A stretch of DNA of 63,226 nucleotides, counting the filler, from Octopus bimaculoides (taxonomy: Eukaryota), in assembly GCF_001194135.2 (NCBI RefSeq). It is 6 parts of 5 records of this genome, joined end to end, with 100 filler letters (N's around TTAATTAATTAA, not from the genome) between each part and the next. Parts side by side here need not be neighbours in the genome. Positions count along the whole stretch, not along the records: positions 1 to 19,251 come from NC_068989.1; 5 more parts are not named here. One strand, 5' to 3'. Below the pieces are notes generated by a model. The model saw only the letters and a program-made list of their open reading frames with translations. It searched no databases and had not been told where the DNA came from. A program made the position numbers and the translations under genes. Position 1 is the stretch's first letter; each line of letters starts with the position of its first letter. Positions 1 through 13,349 of the stretch are shown here, in pieces.

Positions 1-41
<41 letters not shown>

Positions 42-606
42 TTACATATTTCTGTTTATAAAAATATTTTACATGCACACACACACACATACATACATAC
101 ATATATACGTACATTCATATAGACATGCATACGTACATGCATACATTAATACACACACTCATGCATACATACATGCAGTCATACTTACAAACTTACATGC
201 ATACATACATACATACGTACATACGTACATGCATACATATATAAATACATACATACGTACCTACATACATACATACCTACATACATACGTACATACATAC
301 ATGCATACATACATAATACCTACATACATACGTACATACATACATTCGTACATACATACCTATATACATACATACCTACATATATACATACGTACATGCA
401 TACATTCGTACGTACAGACAGACATACTGGTCATACGTACTTAATTTCTTAATACACAGCAATATCAATGCTCATGTATATAAATATACGAAACATGGCC
501 TATGGATATATAATCGAGCATTAAACGTGTGCGTATGTGTATCAGTATGTATGTATGCATGTTTGTATGGATGTGTTGTATGTGTGTTGTATGTGTGTTG
601 TATGTA

Positions 607-656
<50 letters not shown>

Positions 657-868
657 TGCATATGCATCCTTGTTTCTATCACTGAGTGTAAATTGCAAAT
701 CTGTTTTTATATATGTATATGCATGTTTTCTTGTAGTAAACTATGTGTGTGTGTCTGTATGTATAGATATACCTATAGATACAAACATACATATATTTAT
801 ATATGTATGTACGTATGTCTATGTTTGTCCATATGTGTGTGTTGTATATGTATCTATATATGTGTATA

Positions 869-920
<52 letters not shown>

Positions 921-960
921 GTATATATGTGTGTATGGGTGTATGTGTGTGTATGTATAT
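1..960. repeat. Compound microsatellite block: (TA)n, degenerate (CATA)n, (TG)n, (CA)n
   Basis: Directly visible simple repeats; they explain the H/T/Y/I- and C/V/M-rich ORFs in the track. Confidence 0.95.
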
Positions 961-2289
961 ATTTACAAGTATACCGCTGTGTACATATGTGGGTGTATAT
1001 TCCAAGAGAAAGTCGAAATCAACAACAGCAACAGCAACAACAACAGCAATAACATCAACAACACATGTAACTGACTACATCAGGAAATTAGAATCTGAAA
1101 ACTATAGGGGTGTCAGCTGTTGGTAACAGTAACCATGGTAACTACTCTTCACCCTTATTATGTTCCACGTGAGGCCCTTAATCATGTCAAGTGATGTGGT
1201 ATATGTTACGGCGGGTGTTTAACGACATGCTACACTGAACGGCATCATTGGAAGGCCGCCGCTCTGTCTGCTGTAGCGCCATGTTGGATGTTACGACGAT
1301 GTCACATATTGTAATATAACACAGGTAAGAGAAGGAAGAGAACGAGGAAGAGGGAGAAGAAGAGGAAGAGGAGGAGAGGCTGAGTGGGTGGACGAGTGAA
1401 GAAGGGCAGTTGTACGTGTAAAGTAGTGACAGTGAGGGAGAGTGACTGTGTGTGTAACAGCGGGAAGTAGTGAGGTTGAATGAGTGAAGTGTGGGCGACT
1501 GAGTGAATGAGAAGAGTTGAGGGAAGGTGAAAGACAGTGAAATGGCGAAGTTTGACATAAAAGTTGTTGTTTGGCTCAAGCTGATGCTGCAGACCTATAG
1601 TCAAATATGTTCCAATTATGACCATCTCGTTGGTTTCCTGTATACAGTAAAGCCAAAAATACGTTGTCCATTCTGTCGTTTTTTTTTTTTATTATGAAAA
1701 TAACAGGGTGTGATTTGAGGGGAGGTTTGAGTTATCGGATTAGAATGATAGCTGTTATGCGAGAAACGGAAATATTTATCCCATATTCCTCTTCCCTCCA
1801 CACTCACAGAATATTATATACTCAAATATACGCAAATATATACACCAGTAGACATAGACATGGATGTATGTACGCTGACATTCACAAACACAAACGTACA
1901 TATATACACACACATTAGCATACAAACACGTATACATAGATATAGGTACACACACATACATCCATAGTCACATACACGCACAAATGCGTATAATAAACAA
2001 ATCTATATGCCTAAGTATACACACACATACACACACTCACACACACACATACACACACACATACACAGTCGCTCACTTTCATACACACAACGGGAACCAT
2101 ATACACACCCACATTATTACAATATAGATTATGCTAGATGGCATCATTGATAGAACGACAACACACACTTTACGAAAACTTCCTACGTTCCAAATCTATG
2201 TGTGACTTTAAACTTTATTCAGTTGTTGGTCCTGGTTCGGGAGTTCCAGGTTTTTTTTTTTAATGAGTGCAGAATCACAGCTAGTTCTA

Positions 2290-3520
2290 CTTTCATTTGG
2301 AGTAGTAGCATATCAGAGTTTGTCTAACTATGTATGTTAAGAGTGGAGCTGGCAGACTCTGCTGAAGAAACCTTCCTGGTTCAATGGAGGGGAAAGCGGC
2401 TGCAGCAACGCATTGTGGAATGCAGAGAGAAAAATGAAACAAGAAAGACATGTTTCTCATTTACTGCATCCGTCTCCATCACAGTCGTTTTGGCGTGGTC
2501 ATACCATTGGATTGAAGATGGTCACAGATGAAACAGTGAGGTTGACAGTACGCAACTTTACTTCACCTTAAACAATCCCTGCGCAAGTCATTCGTCATCC
2601 TCAAGAATGACTAGATGACCCTCGTTGCTCCAAAGGACGAACATGACATTCCAATTTCAAACAGCGCTGACGTCAACTTTCTCTCTTATTTCCGATACAG
2701 GTGAAATAAGTTGCAGCCTCTAGGACCACCTGCTCAGGTCACTAGACATAGATGTGGTGCCCATCAGTGACACTTGAATCTCCGAACAACGAGCCTTCAC
2801 AGCCATTTTCGGTGGATACGAAATGTACACACCTTCAAGTCGAATAAATTTGGGAAATGGAGTTGTTTTGTTGTTTTGGAAGGGTCTAGATTTTACGATA
2901 TAATGACCTTCAACTCAGAAACTAAACTTGTGATCGTGGATGTGAACAATAGCGAAGTGGGTACCTGCATTAAGTTAAACTGCCAAAGTAACTAGATTTC
3001 TTTAGAATTCTGGACGTTTTCTCACAGATGTTCCGCTCTTTAGTAATAGTGGGCAACTGGAATGCTGTTGTGGATGCACGCTTAGATTGTCTGAAATTAG
3101 GCGATAAGAGAGATGAGTGTAAAAGCCTCGCAAAACTGTCCAAAATTTTTTACCAATCTGACAGATACCGACTGGTTTTCTTGAATATGCTAATGTGGAA
3201 ATGGACAAATCGCATCGGGTCATCCAGATCGTATCTAGATAAATTCGAGCTGTAATCTGTAGGCCAGTAGATAAGGGTAGCACTGGTTGTTTACATTTTA
3301 TAATCGTTGGCTAGACGTAACACAAATTTGGGATCTTTACGATCGACCCAAATAGGTAGGCAGGGGCCCGGTTACTTGAAACTGAACGTATCACTCTCTG
3401 CGCTCCTAGCTTACAGAGGCAACATTACCGAAATAGTTAAGTGGTAATTGACGAGAGCAATCGTCAGCAACAAATGACACTTTGCCCCGAAAAAAGTGGA
3501 TTTGCATAAATTAATGTGGT
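2290..3520 (+). mobile_element. Degraded L1/Tx1-like LINE fragment including part of the APE endonuclease domain
   Basis: ORF 3028-3255 reads LVIVGNWNAVVDARLD...WKWTNRIGSSRSYLDK, matching the APE motifs GDxNA and WTW..S.LDR; flanks are frameshifted and stop-rich; boundaries approximate. Confidence 0.65.
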
Positions 3521-3769
3521 TTAATAAGATTATAGCGAGGGAGAAAAACAGAATAGAAAGAAACAGTTAAACCTTAAAGTGGTGGTTTAGGAAAAGTATC
3601 ACTGCCATCATACAGCAAAATAGGCCCTCGACCAATTCTTCAGCGCAAAGCATGAAAGCTGTGCAGTAGGGCTTATGTTTTAAGACAAGTGTGGGTGAAA
3701 ACCGTTGGATGGGCAACATAGCGACAAAGTCACAATTAGGACTTTGGCGGAACACAATGGACATTTGTT

Positions 3770-4500
3770 ATTCGACTTAAAGCAGTGTGTGCAGTTTTTC
3801 AGCAGCACATGGCTTGCGTGTTCGGGATGTGTAGCAGGCCGGAATGCAAGATGAATACCTGTGCCTACCTCGAAGGCCTGCAGGGACTCTCGGCCACAGA
3901 ATGGAGTGTTGCAAAAAGCGGTAGCTGCAACAGCTGTAACAACAACACTAACATCTATATGGATCGCAACATTATGATTAACAACAATAACAAAACCAAC
4001 AGCAAAGCAACTGCCATCGTCACCACCGCTACCATCAACGGAAACATCTACAAAGACATCAAAGACGTAGACAACAAGGGCAACTTTGACAACAGTTACG
4101 ACGAGAAATCCACAAAGAAAATATCTAACGCTCGTGTCGTGGCCAGTGGACAGTACACTCACTCGAAGGAAAAGCCGTCACAATTAAAAATATCAGATGG
4201 ATATCGCTCGAGTGATATCGATTTTACATGAGAAAACTTTGTTCACCGAAAACAGGATCAGTATTTAGAAGTGCAGAAAGCGAAAAATGACTGGAAGAGG
4301 TGTGACCTTCTGTACTGTGCATAACTAGAGGGAATAAACTCGGGAGGGTGGTAACCATATGCAACTGCGAACAGGAAGTTCATAGGACAGCTACAACAAT
4401 CTGCACCTCCTAGCGGTTTGTTTTGATACCGTACTGGGCGTCGTGTGACCAAAGTCAGGGTCAGAAACGAACTTCCTCATAGAAACCAAGCGACCAGAGT
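3770..4500 (+). mobile_element. Possible ORF1 (gag-like) remnant of a Tx1-like LINE
   Basis: Broken zinc-knuckle-like peptide (YLEG...GH.RMEC across frames) followed by a T/N-rich low-complexity stretch; weak resemblance only. Confidence 0.3.
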
Positions 4501-4743
4501 AATGGTCATGTTAGAGGAGCATGGACTCTAGTCCTAGAATAGAGCGGAAATCGTCAATAGAGTCCTAAGTCTTGGTTTCTCCAGTGTATCTGCCTGGCTT
4601 CTATTTCGGAAAGTGCGAGCGCATGCGAGCTGAAACTGCATATATTACATTGGTGGCAAAATAGACCACCTTAAAACATTCTGCCCTACAGTGGAGAGTT
4701 TGAAAGCAGAGCATCACACTGCTCGCAACACAGAATCTGCTGT

Positions 4744-4789
<46 letters not shown>

Positions 4790-5190
4790 GCATCACAACA
4801 CACCAGCACTGACCAATTCCCATCCCCACATTTTCACACCTTCACATCTACATACACACATGCATACGTTAAGATCACCAGCATTCTCTCACACACATGC
4901 ACCTTCGTTTTGGGATCACTACTACTATGTTATCTCCCTTTCTTCTTTACTCTCCTGTGTGACCCTTCTGTCCGGCATTCGCCATGATATATCGCTGACC
5001 ACTACACACCTTTTTTTCTCTCCTTCTTTCTCTCTTTGTTTCTTTCCGTGTTCCTTTCTGTAGAAGTGCGTAGGCTCGAAACGTTAAAGACCTTCTCAAT
5101 TGTCGAGCGTTATACTAATACATCTATTTGTTTTCAACACCACCTGTCTTCGTCTGTTGTCTTCTCTGTGAATTCTCCCTATATATATAT
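4790..5190 (+). mobile_element. Interspersed repeat end resembling a Penelope-like terminal repeat, running into (TA)n
   Basis: 5105-5181 is homologous (reverse complement) to 9007-9089; contains a hammerhead-like motif at 5054-5089; both copies abut (TA)n. Confidence 0.45.
5054..5089 (+). ncRNA. Variant minimal hammerhead-ribozyme-like motif
   Basis: CTTT-CTGTAGA-A-GTGC gtag GCTC-GAAAC-GTT-AAAG: stem I CTTT/AAAG, core CUG(U)AGA, hairpin stem II with one mismatch, palindromic AACGTT. Confidence 0.4.
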
Positions 5191-6089
5191 ATAAGAGCAG
5201 CAGCGTCAACAACTTGAACAACATAACTACATGTTTAGTAATAAGGTATATTTTTGCACTCACAGAAGGATGTAGAAATAAGTCCCCACCACCATTTCAA
5301 TAAGTGAAGCAAGAAGAAATAAGCACAAATTCAGCTGAGCTCTCGTTATGAATGTGAATTTCGTTAACATAAAAGCGTCTGAGTGAGTTATAGTTGAACG
5401 GCTGGCAAAAGAGAAGTAGCATCAATTTTAAGAAGTCCGAAAAATATGCGGTTAATCAGTTAAGATAGGGGATAGACAAACTATGATAGCAATAAATACT
5501 ACAACAAAAACCAACAATCGACACATCAACAACTACCAGAACAACAACCTCAACAAAAACAACAAGGGATAAACCAGCAAGAGCAAAACCAATGACGGAA
5601 ACATCACTTACAACAACAGAAAGAAACAGCAACAAAAAGGGCATAATATAAGGCGACAACAACCATTTCATCCACAAGAGATGGACTAATGACAGCAATC
5701 ATCCGCGGACGGGGCCATTCACCTACACAGTTCTTCGAAAGGAGATTGAGATTTTAAGAGACTCAAAGAGAACATTTTAACCACATTTAAGGGTCTTAAT
5801 ACATGCACCCTCTCCGTAACCCCTTACAAAATTTAAGAAAGCGTTTCTTACAGGATTTACTCAAGATTAGTGATTGCAATCGACTCCCTCTCCTTTTTGT
5901 TTCTTCTCCTCTCAGAATGGCATTTACTGAGGAAGCTATACAAATGCTTACGGACTGAGGGCAGTATGGTTGCAGGGACAGCAGCGAAATCTGGTCAGTA
6001 CGTCTAGATGTAGTGGCCATTAACGAGAGCAGAATTTCTGAAATGCTGTCGTTTATCCCTCGTGAGCAGCAGGATTTACACCACTTCTG

Positions 6090-6180
6090 GCCCTTTATGT
6101 GCTGAGTTCAAATTCCATCACGGTCGACTTTGCTTTTCGTCTTTCTGGGTTGATAAAATAAGTACCAATTGTCTATTGGT
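6090..6180 (+). mobile_element. SINE family B fragment
   Basis: ctgagttcaaattcc..gtcgactttgc..gataaaataagtacca matches the fuller copy at 52932-53160. Confidence 0.7.
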
Positions 6181-6450
6181 ACACACACACACATGCATAT
6201 TTATAAATGTAATTCGACTGGCTCTTTCGCCAAAATTTCAGGCCTTCCTTGTAGAGAGAATTGTTATAGTTAAAGGAGCTAAGTAACTCAATCACATTTA
6301 CTTTTGCGGCAGTGCGCTTATCAAACAGTTTCGGCGAGTAAAATAAAGAATGTGCATGCGTATGTATATGTGTGTGTGCATGTGTATGTATGTGTGTGTG
6401 CATGTGTGCTCGTGTGTGTGTGTAGTACTAAGATTCGGTGTTCAAAATAT

Positions 6451-6481
<31 letters not shown>

Positions 6482-7749
6482 ACATAAACGCACGTGTATA
6501 TGCGTGTGTATTATGTATTATATACATATAAATATATACGCTCGTATACGTGTGTGTGTGTGCGTGCGTTATACATACACACGCACGCGCACTCACGCGC
6601 GCACACACACACACACACACACGCATATATATATATATGCGTGGGCTTATTTATGAATGTGTATAGAACAATATTTCATCCACCACAAACTTTATTCTGG
6701 ATTAGGAAAGTAAAGTTTATAGAAACTGCGCGAGAATAATCGAACACCTTAACGCTTTATCTCCAACCACCTCCAACCCTACCACGACCACCACCACCGC
6801 TGATTATTTTCTTCCCCCCCTTTTCTCCCCTCCTCCTCTTCTTCTGCCCTACAAACATTACTGCCTCCCCCTTCCCTCCTCCTTCTTCGCTCCCCCCCTC
6901 TGTTCGATGCATGTGTGCTCACTTGAATTTGTCAAAGACACTTATTGATTCCTCTCTTACTCTGCCCCACCCTCCACACCACTACCGCCACCACNNNNNN
7001 NNNNNNNNNNNNNNNNNNNNNNNNNNNNNNNNNNNNNNNNNNNNNNNNNNNNNNNNNNNNNNNNNNNNNNNNNNNNNNNNNNNNNNNNNNNNNNNNNNNN
7101 NNNNNNNNNNNNNNNNNNNNNNNNNNNNNNNNNNNNNNNNNNNNNNNNNNNNNNNNNNNNNNNNNNNNNNNNNNNNNNNNNNNNNNNNNNNNNNNNNNNN
7201 NNNNNNNNNNNNNNNNNNNNNNNNNNNNNNNNNNNNNNNNNNNNNNNNNNNNNNNNNNNNNNNNNNNNNNNNNNNNNNNNNNNNNNNNNNNNNNNNNNNN
7301 NNNNNNNNNNNNNNNNNNNNNNNNNNNNNNNNNNNNNNNNNNNNNNNNNNNNNNNNNNNNNNNNNNNNNNNNNNNNNNNNNNNNNNNNNNNNNNNNNNNN
7401 NNNNNNNNNNNNNNNNNNNNNNNNNNNNNNNNNNNNNNNNNNNNNNNNNNNNNNNNNNNNNNNNNNNNNNNNNNNNNNNNNNNNNNNNNNNNNNNNNNNN
7501 NNNNNNNNNNNNNNNNNNNNNNNNNNNNNNNNNNNNNNNNNNNNNNNNNNNNNNNNNNNNNNNNNNNNNNNNNNNNNNNNNNNNNNNNNNNNNNNNNNNN
7601 NNNNNNNNNNNNNNNNNNNNNNNNNNNNNNNNNNNNNNNNNNNNNNNNNNNNNNNNNNNNNNNNNNNNNNNNNNNNNNNNNNNNNNNNNNNNNNNNNNNN
7701 NNNNNNNNNNNNNNNNNNNNNNNNNNNNNNNNNNNNNNNNNNNNNNNNN

Positions 7750-7889
7750 GTGGTGGTGGTGGTAGCGATGCTGATGATGATGATGAGGAAAATGATGATG
7801 ATGATGATAATGAGGATGATGATGACGACGATGACGATGATGATGATGTCGCTGTTGATGAAGTTTTTACGACGTTGTCGATGATGATA

Positions 7890-7975
<86 letters not shown>

Positions 7976-8055
7976 GATGATGGTGGTGATGATGGTGATG
8001 ATGATGATGATGATGATGATGGTGGTGATGATGGTGGTGATGATGACGACGATGA
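7750..8055. repeat. (GGT)/(GAT)n microsatellite
   Basis: Directly visible trinucleotide array next to an N gap. Confidence 0.95.
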
Positions 8056-8443
8056 AGAAAGAGAGAAGAAAAATCAAGAATGCTAGAAAAAATATCTTAA
8101 GATATTGCATTGATATTCAGAATATTGTGGCGTTAGTATGGAGTGGTGGGCATGGGGTGGAGTGGAGTGGAGTGGAGAGGTGTGGTGTAAACGTGGCATT
8201 GTTTATAGCGGGGTAGAGATGGTGTGAAGTATTCAGTGATGTGGTGGAGTAGTGAAGAGGTGGCGAGGCGCAATGAGGGTTGGTTAATTTGTACAACAGC
8301 AGTCGCTGCAAACATAGCCGACTGATTAAGAAGTCCGTTTGGCAATCACAAGGTCCTCGGTTCGATCCCACTCTGAGACGTCTCGGGCGAATGTCTGTTA
8401 CCATCGCCCAGAGTCGACCCAAGCGTTAAAGACTACAAAGGGC

Positions 8444-8771
8444 AAAGACTCCCTTTCGGTCACGAAGGGCCATGGCATTGCACCTAGAAAGTTACCCTCC
8501 AAGGCACAAGTCCAGGCAAAGTTGTTTATGAAAGACCAGCAGTCAACCATTCATACCAACCTCCACTCTCCACACCACCAATGTTATCCAAGGGAAAGGC
8601 AAAGGCCGATACAGCTTGGCACCAGTGACGTCACAACTCATTTCTACAGTTGAATGAACTGGAACGACGTGAAATAAAGTGTCTTAAGTGTCTTGCTCAA
8701 GAACAAAACACACAGCCCAGTCCAGGAATCGAACTGCGTGTCCGACGCTCTACCCACGAAGCCCTGCGCTT
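8444..8771 (-). mobile_element. tRNA-derived SINE family C, near full length
   Basis: Reverse-complement match to the copy at 31895-32220 (gaggg taactttctagg tgcaat; cactggtgccaag; cttgagcaagacac). Confidence 0.85.
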
Positions 8772-8805
8772 GGACTGTACCTCTTAAATAGAAGTAAATA
8801 CTTGA

Positions 8806-8941
8806 CGTGACTGTTTGGTAAGAAGCCTTCTTCCCAACAACAAGGCCCCGGGTTCAGTCCCACTGCGTGGCACTATGGTCAAGTGTCATCTTCTATAGCC
8901 CCATGCTGACCACAGCTTTGTGAGTGGATTTGGTAGGTGGA
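8806..8941 (+). mobile_element. SINE family A, 5' part (tRNA-like head)
   Basis: ccgggttcagtcccactgcgtggcac...ttgtgagtggatttggtag matches the head of 18578-18900. Confidence 0.8.
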
Positions 8942-8960
8942 CATTTTAATTTTGTCGTGC

Positions 8961-9006
<46 letters not shown>

Positions 9007-9008
<2 letters not shown>

Positions 9009-9089
9009 GAGAATATACAAAAAATAACAACAGACGAGGACAGGTGGTGTAAATAACAAAAGTATATATTAGTATGACGCTCGGGAATA
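9007..9089 (-). mobile_element. Fragment of the repeat family at 4790-5190
   Basis: gggagaat..acaacagacga.gacaggtggtgt..tattagtat.acgctcg aligns to the reverse complement of 5105-5181. Confidence 0.7.
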
Positions 9090-9111
9090 TATATATATAT
9101 ATATTGTTTTA

Positions 9112-9360
9112 TTCTTTTACTGGCTTCAGTCATTTGACTGCGGCCATGCTGGAGCACCGCCTTTACTCAAACAAATCGACCCCAGGACTTATTCTTTATA
9201 AGCCTAGTACTTATTCTATCGGAGTTTTTACGTTCCTGTAATTAGCGGTTCGGCAAAAGACACCGATAGAATAAGTACTAGGCTTACAAAGAATAAATTG
9301 TGGGGTCGATTTGTTCTACTAAAGGCGGTGCTCCTGCAAATCACTGAAATAAATGAAAGA
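9112..9360. repeat. Two inverted SINE-A 3' tails forming a foldback
   Basis: Arms 9151-9222 and 9263-9334 are reverse complements with 65/72 identity by manual alignment; 40-bp spacer. Confidence 0.9.
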
Positions 9361-9547
9361 ATCAAGGAATATATACATATATACATTCTGGTGTTTTTGC
9401 TGAGATTTTTCTTGAGAACACACTCTTCGTGGTAATGGTGATTTTTAAATCTTCGGATTTTTTTTCCTGATATTTGCTAGACCACTGGTTTAAATTGATG
9501 TTAATTGATTGATATCAATTTCTATCTTCATTATTTAATTTAAATTA

Positions 9548-10180
9548 TATATATATATGATGATGGCCGTCCACTCGTGACCGAGGAAGACCATTGCTGA
9601 CCTTCAGGAACATTGTGCACTCTAGGACTAACTTATATTTTGCATTTGCGGCTCCGTTAGTGGCTAATGAGCCCTGCTCTTGACAAACATACACAACTGC
9701 AAACATTGCAGACCAAGCTTTCCCCATTCACTATACGAGCCGTGCGCTTTCACGCAGCTCACGTAAGTTCTTCATGCTGGATACGGGCTCTCTCAAAAGT
9801 GTCGATCCCCTCCTTAACCTGCTTCCTCCATCTATGACGATGACAGGCATTGTTCTCCCAGTCAGTGTCCTGCATATTACAGGCCTTTAATGAGGACTTG
9901 ACACAGTCCTGAAATTGCAGCCTTGGTTTCTGCCGGAGTCTCCTTCCATTCACAAGTTCTCCATATAGAATCTACTTAGGAATCCTGCTGTCCTTCATTC
10001 TAATAAGGTATCCAGTCCAATGTAACCGCTGCTTGTGCACCATTGCCTCAGTTCTCAAGATATCAGCTGTCCTCAGGACCTGTGTGTCTGGAAATTTTGA
10101 GGTCCAGCCAGCATTGAGAATGTGTCTGAGAGATCTCTTATGAAAGCGTTCAAGGACCCTTAGCTGACGTTTGTACAGTT
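9548..10180 (-). mobile_element. RTE-clade LINE, 5'-truncated 3' end
   Basis: Translates to ...LERFHKRSLRHIL...QRLHWTGYLIRM...ILYGE.NGRRLRQKPRLQFQDCVKSSLK...WENNACHRHRWRKQVKEG, the typical RTE/BovB-like C-terminus; ends in a CAT/TA tail. Confidence 0.85.
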
Positions 10181-10764
10181 TGTACGACCTCTGCTCAATA
10201 TATGCACTTTTTTTGCTATATATATATGGTAAGTGAAAGACTGAAGATGGAATATACGAGAATTTATATATTATATATGTATATGTGTATGTAAATGTGT
10301 GTGTGTGTTTTTGTGTGGAGGGGAGTTTGGGTGTGTGGGTGTGTGGATGTTCCTGTGTTTATCGCCGACACTTTTTTCATAGACTGACACAGATCGTGAA
10401 AGGTGTATCGTGGAACTGAGGCCTTCACATACCAAGTCGTATTTACGGTATTAAGTATTTAGTATTTTCGTCTCTTTTTGCATGTGTTGGATGTTGCTTT
10501 GTATTTTTGTAGTTAACTGTGTTTTACTGTGGAGAGATTGAGAAACCTGCGTCGGTCAGCATAACCCATCGATATATCTATTGAACTATTTTTACAATAT
10601 TGTTGTTTATTTCTGGTGGCTAAATATGGTTTCTGTAATTGCTCTGTGCGTCGTTTTGCCGCTTGTCTTTTTATTGTTTTTTTATGTCTGCTGTGAATGT
10701 TGTGGAAATGTTCTGCTATGTAACTCCGAGTACTTTTGTGTTTATCTTGTTCAGTCAGGCTCGT

Positions 10765-12035
10765 AGGTGATTTAAGTACATGGTTCTCCTGGGATATTTT
10801 CTGGATTTTACTGACATCCCATTTTTATCATACTTAGGTCATCCACAATAACAAGAACAGTTTTCGCTTCATCTTTTGTATTTCAATTTCCAGGTCCTTA
10901 TATTTACTTAATTTGTCAAATTCCTTTACAGATATATTTTTATCAGTGTGATCACTTACATCTATTACTCTTCAATTATTTTCTTTGCTGCCTTTAGTAA
11001 TTATGTCTAGTCGATTATTCTGAATCGTTCTGTCGGTGTTGATTGGAAAATCCCAGAGGTTAGTGACATTTTTACCTCCAACGACTGGCTCAGGATGATG
11101 TCCATACCAGTAAGCAGGAGTGCTGATTTTGTAGTATATTTACATATTTTCCAATGTAAATACAGTACTATCCTATCGTGCCGATTTTTGTATTCGTTTG
11201 GTGTCAGCACAAGACATCCCGAGACGAGATGGTCTATTGTTTCGTCAACTGTATCACAGAATTTGCATTTAGGGTCAGAACCGTTTTGAAGAACATTAAC
11301 CTGGTAGTTTTTTTGTAAGAAAGCTTTGATCTTGTGCATCCAATATGAAACCTTCAGTCTCTGCTTTCAGTCCTGAACTTCTCAGCCACTGATGAGTTGT
11401 TGCTTGGTCTACATCAGCATTTCGGCTTCGACGTATATAATGTCCACGCAGAGGCTTCTGGCTCCACCCCTCCTCAATCTGTTTCTGCCCGTTCTTTTTT
11501 TCAGTCTGCTTGATCCGTTTTGCTTGTTTGGTGGCAGTGATTTCAGGTTTTTCATCTAATTCAGAGTTAATGCCAAGTTCCCTTGAGAATTTGCAAGCTT
11601 CCTTGACAATGGAATGTGATTTTTTTTGCTGCTTTCGCGTTTGTCCACAAACCGCAGAATCCACTTCTCTGTACTAGATAAGTACCTGTTCATTGCTATT
11701 GTGGAGGTCTTATTGCACAGTTCCTCCATTACTTCTAGTTAGGTACAGACAATCAACATCTGCTTTTGGGTGGTGCGTGTTCTTAGATGCTGGTAGTTTT
11801 CTTGTCTTCCTGTCCAGGCATTGAGTTCTGTAAGATTCCAGTTAATGATGTTAAAACTGCATTGGACTACTGGAAGTGCGGAGGGGGTGGGGGTTAAAGG
11901 CTTCGAGTTGAGTTCAGTTTTTAGTATGAGTCTTACTCTCCTGTAATACTCCTTTCGTATTTTTTCCTTTTTACCATCTCCTTCGTTTATCCCCAGGTGT
12001 TTATAATTTTCTTGTGGGTCAAGCTCCTTGATGGT
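10765..12035 (-). mobile_element. R4/Dong-type (RLE endonuclease) non-LTR retrotransposon fragment
   Basis: THQWLRSSGLKAETEGFILDAQDQS, CCHC finger KCKFCDTVDETIDHLVSGC, YKNRHD, and SVKEFDKLSKYKDLEIEI; frameshifted. Confidence 0.9.
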
Positions 12036-12049
12036 AGCGTCGGTATCTA

Positions 12050-12054
12050 ATTCA

Positions 12055-12102
<48 letters not shown>

Positions 12103-12220
12103 GTTGTTGTTGTTTTTTTTTTCTTCTTTCTTCAAATTTTCTTCCATTTCTCGCCGAGTGTTTTCCGTACACCTAGGGCAGAGAAACTCATTGTATGCAT
12201 TCCAATGAGTTTCTTTGCCC

Positions 12221-12310
<90 letters not shown>

Positions 12311-12493
12311 TATTATTTTAAACTTTTAATCAGCATGTTTGTTACAATCACTTGCCGAGACACACCCAGCGTCCTGGGCCGAGTGAAAGATAAGAGATGT
12401 TACAGTTTGACTGAAAGCTTGGGGAGGGGTGGTGGTAGGGGCAGTAACGAAATATCTTCATGTAGTACAACAAATACATTTAAATGGATTGGG

Positions 12494-12551
<58 letters not shown>

Positions 12552-12570
12552 CATCATCATCATCATCACA
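12050..12570. repeat. Several (ATT)n and (CAT)n arrays
   Basis: Directly visible at about 12052-12100, 12221-12320 and 12500-12570. Confidence 0.9.
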
Positions 12571-12626
12571 TTCTTTAGATGTTTTATGCTGAGTTTCTTG
12601 ATGGAAGCCATTAAGATATTCTTTAA

Positions 12627-12830
12627 TTCTTTTATTTGTTTCAATCATTTGACTGCAGCCATGCTGGAACACCGCCTTTAGTCAAACAAATCGACCCCAG
12701 CACTTATTCTTTGCAAGCCTAGTACTTATTCTATCGGTGTCTTTTGCCGAACCGCTAAGTTACGGGGACGTAAACACACCAGCATCGGTTGTCAAGCGAT
12801 GGTGTGGGGACAAACACAGACATGCAAACA

Positions 12831-12872
<42 letters not shown>

Positions 12873-13052
12873 TATACATATATATATACGACGAGCTTCT
12901 TTCGGTTTCCGTCTACCACATCCACTCACAAGGCTTTGGTCGGCCCGAGGCTATGGTAGAAGACACTTGACCAAGGTGCCACGCAGTGGGACTGAACCCG
13001 GAACCATGTGGTTGGTAAGCAAGCCACTTACTACACAGCCACTCCTGCGCCT
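12627..13052 (-). mobile_element. tRNA-derived SINE family A, full length with internal (CA)/(TA) microsatellite
   Basis: Head aggcgcaggagtggctgtgtagt (A box) and ggttcagtccc (B box); tail ggcggtgttccagcatggctgcagtcaaatgattgaaac; matches 16021-16461 and 18578-18900. Confidence 0.92.
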
Positions 13053-13104
13053 ACGTATGTAGAAGCTTTTTATGTTTGATTCGTTGTTTTTCATTTGTTT
13101 TTGA

Positions 13105-13310
13105 TTTGTTTTACTTGTTTCAATCATGGGACACCATCTTGAAAGGCTTATTCGAATAAACCGCCTCAATACTTACTTTAAGTTTGGTACATATTCTATC
13201 AGCACCGTTATTGCCGAAGCGCTAAGTTACTGGGGTGCAAACAAACGGACACTTCTTGTCAAGCGATCTGAGAGGGACAATGACAAATACGATGATGCAC
13301 GTATATATAA

Positions 13311-13349
<39 letters not shown>

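Noticed and set aside
73-1126. Long ORFs rich in H/T/Y/I or C/V/M, here and throughout the window
   Set aside because: They are translations of (CA)n, (TA)n, (CATA)n and trinucleotide microsatellites, with no splice or domain support.
1200-1335. CpG-richer patch ending in a donor-like cag|gtaaga
   Set aside because: No open frame or promoter evidence; too little to call a first exon.
6911-8216. ORFs of 200-430 aa containing runs of X (also at 14893, 20852, 28008, 31929, 50725 and others)
   Set aside because: Open only because they run through N gaps.
10525-10570. CTGTGGA...GAAACctgcGTC hammerhead-like string
   Set aside because: Neither stem I nor stem II can be formed.
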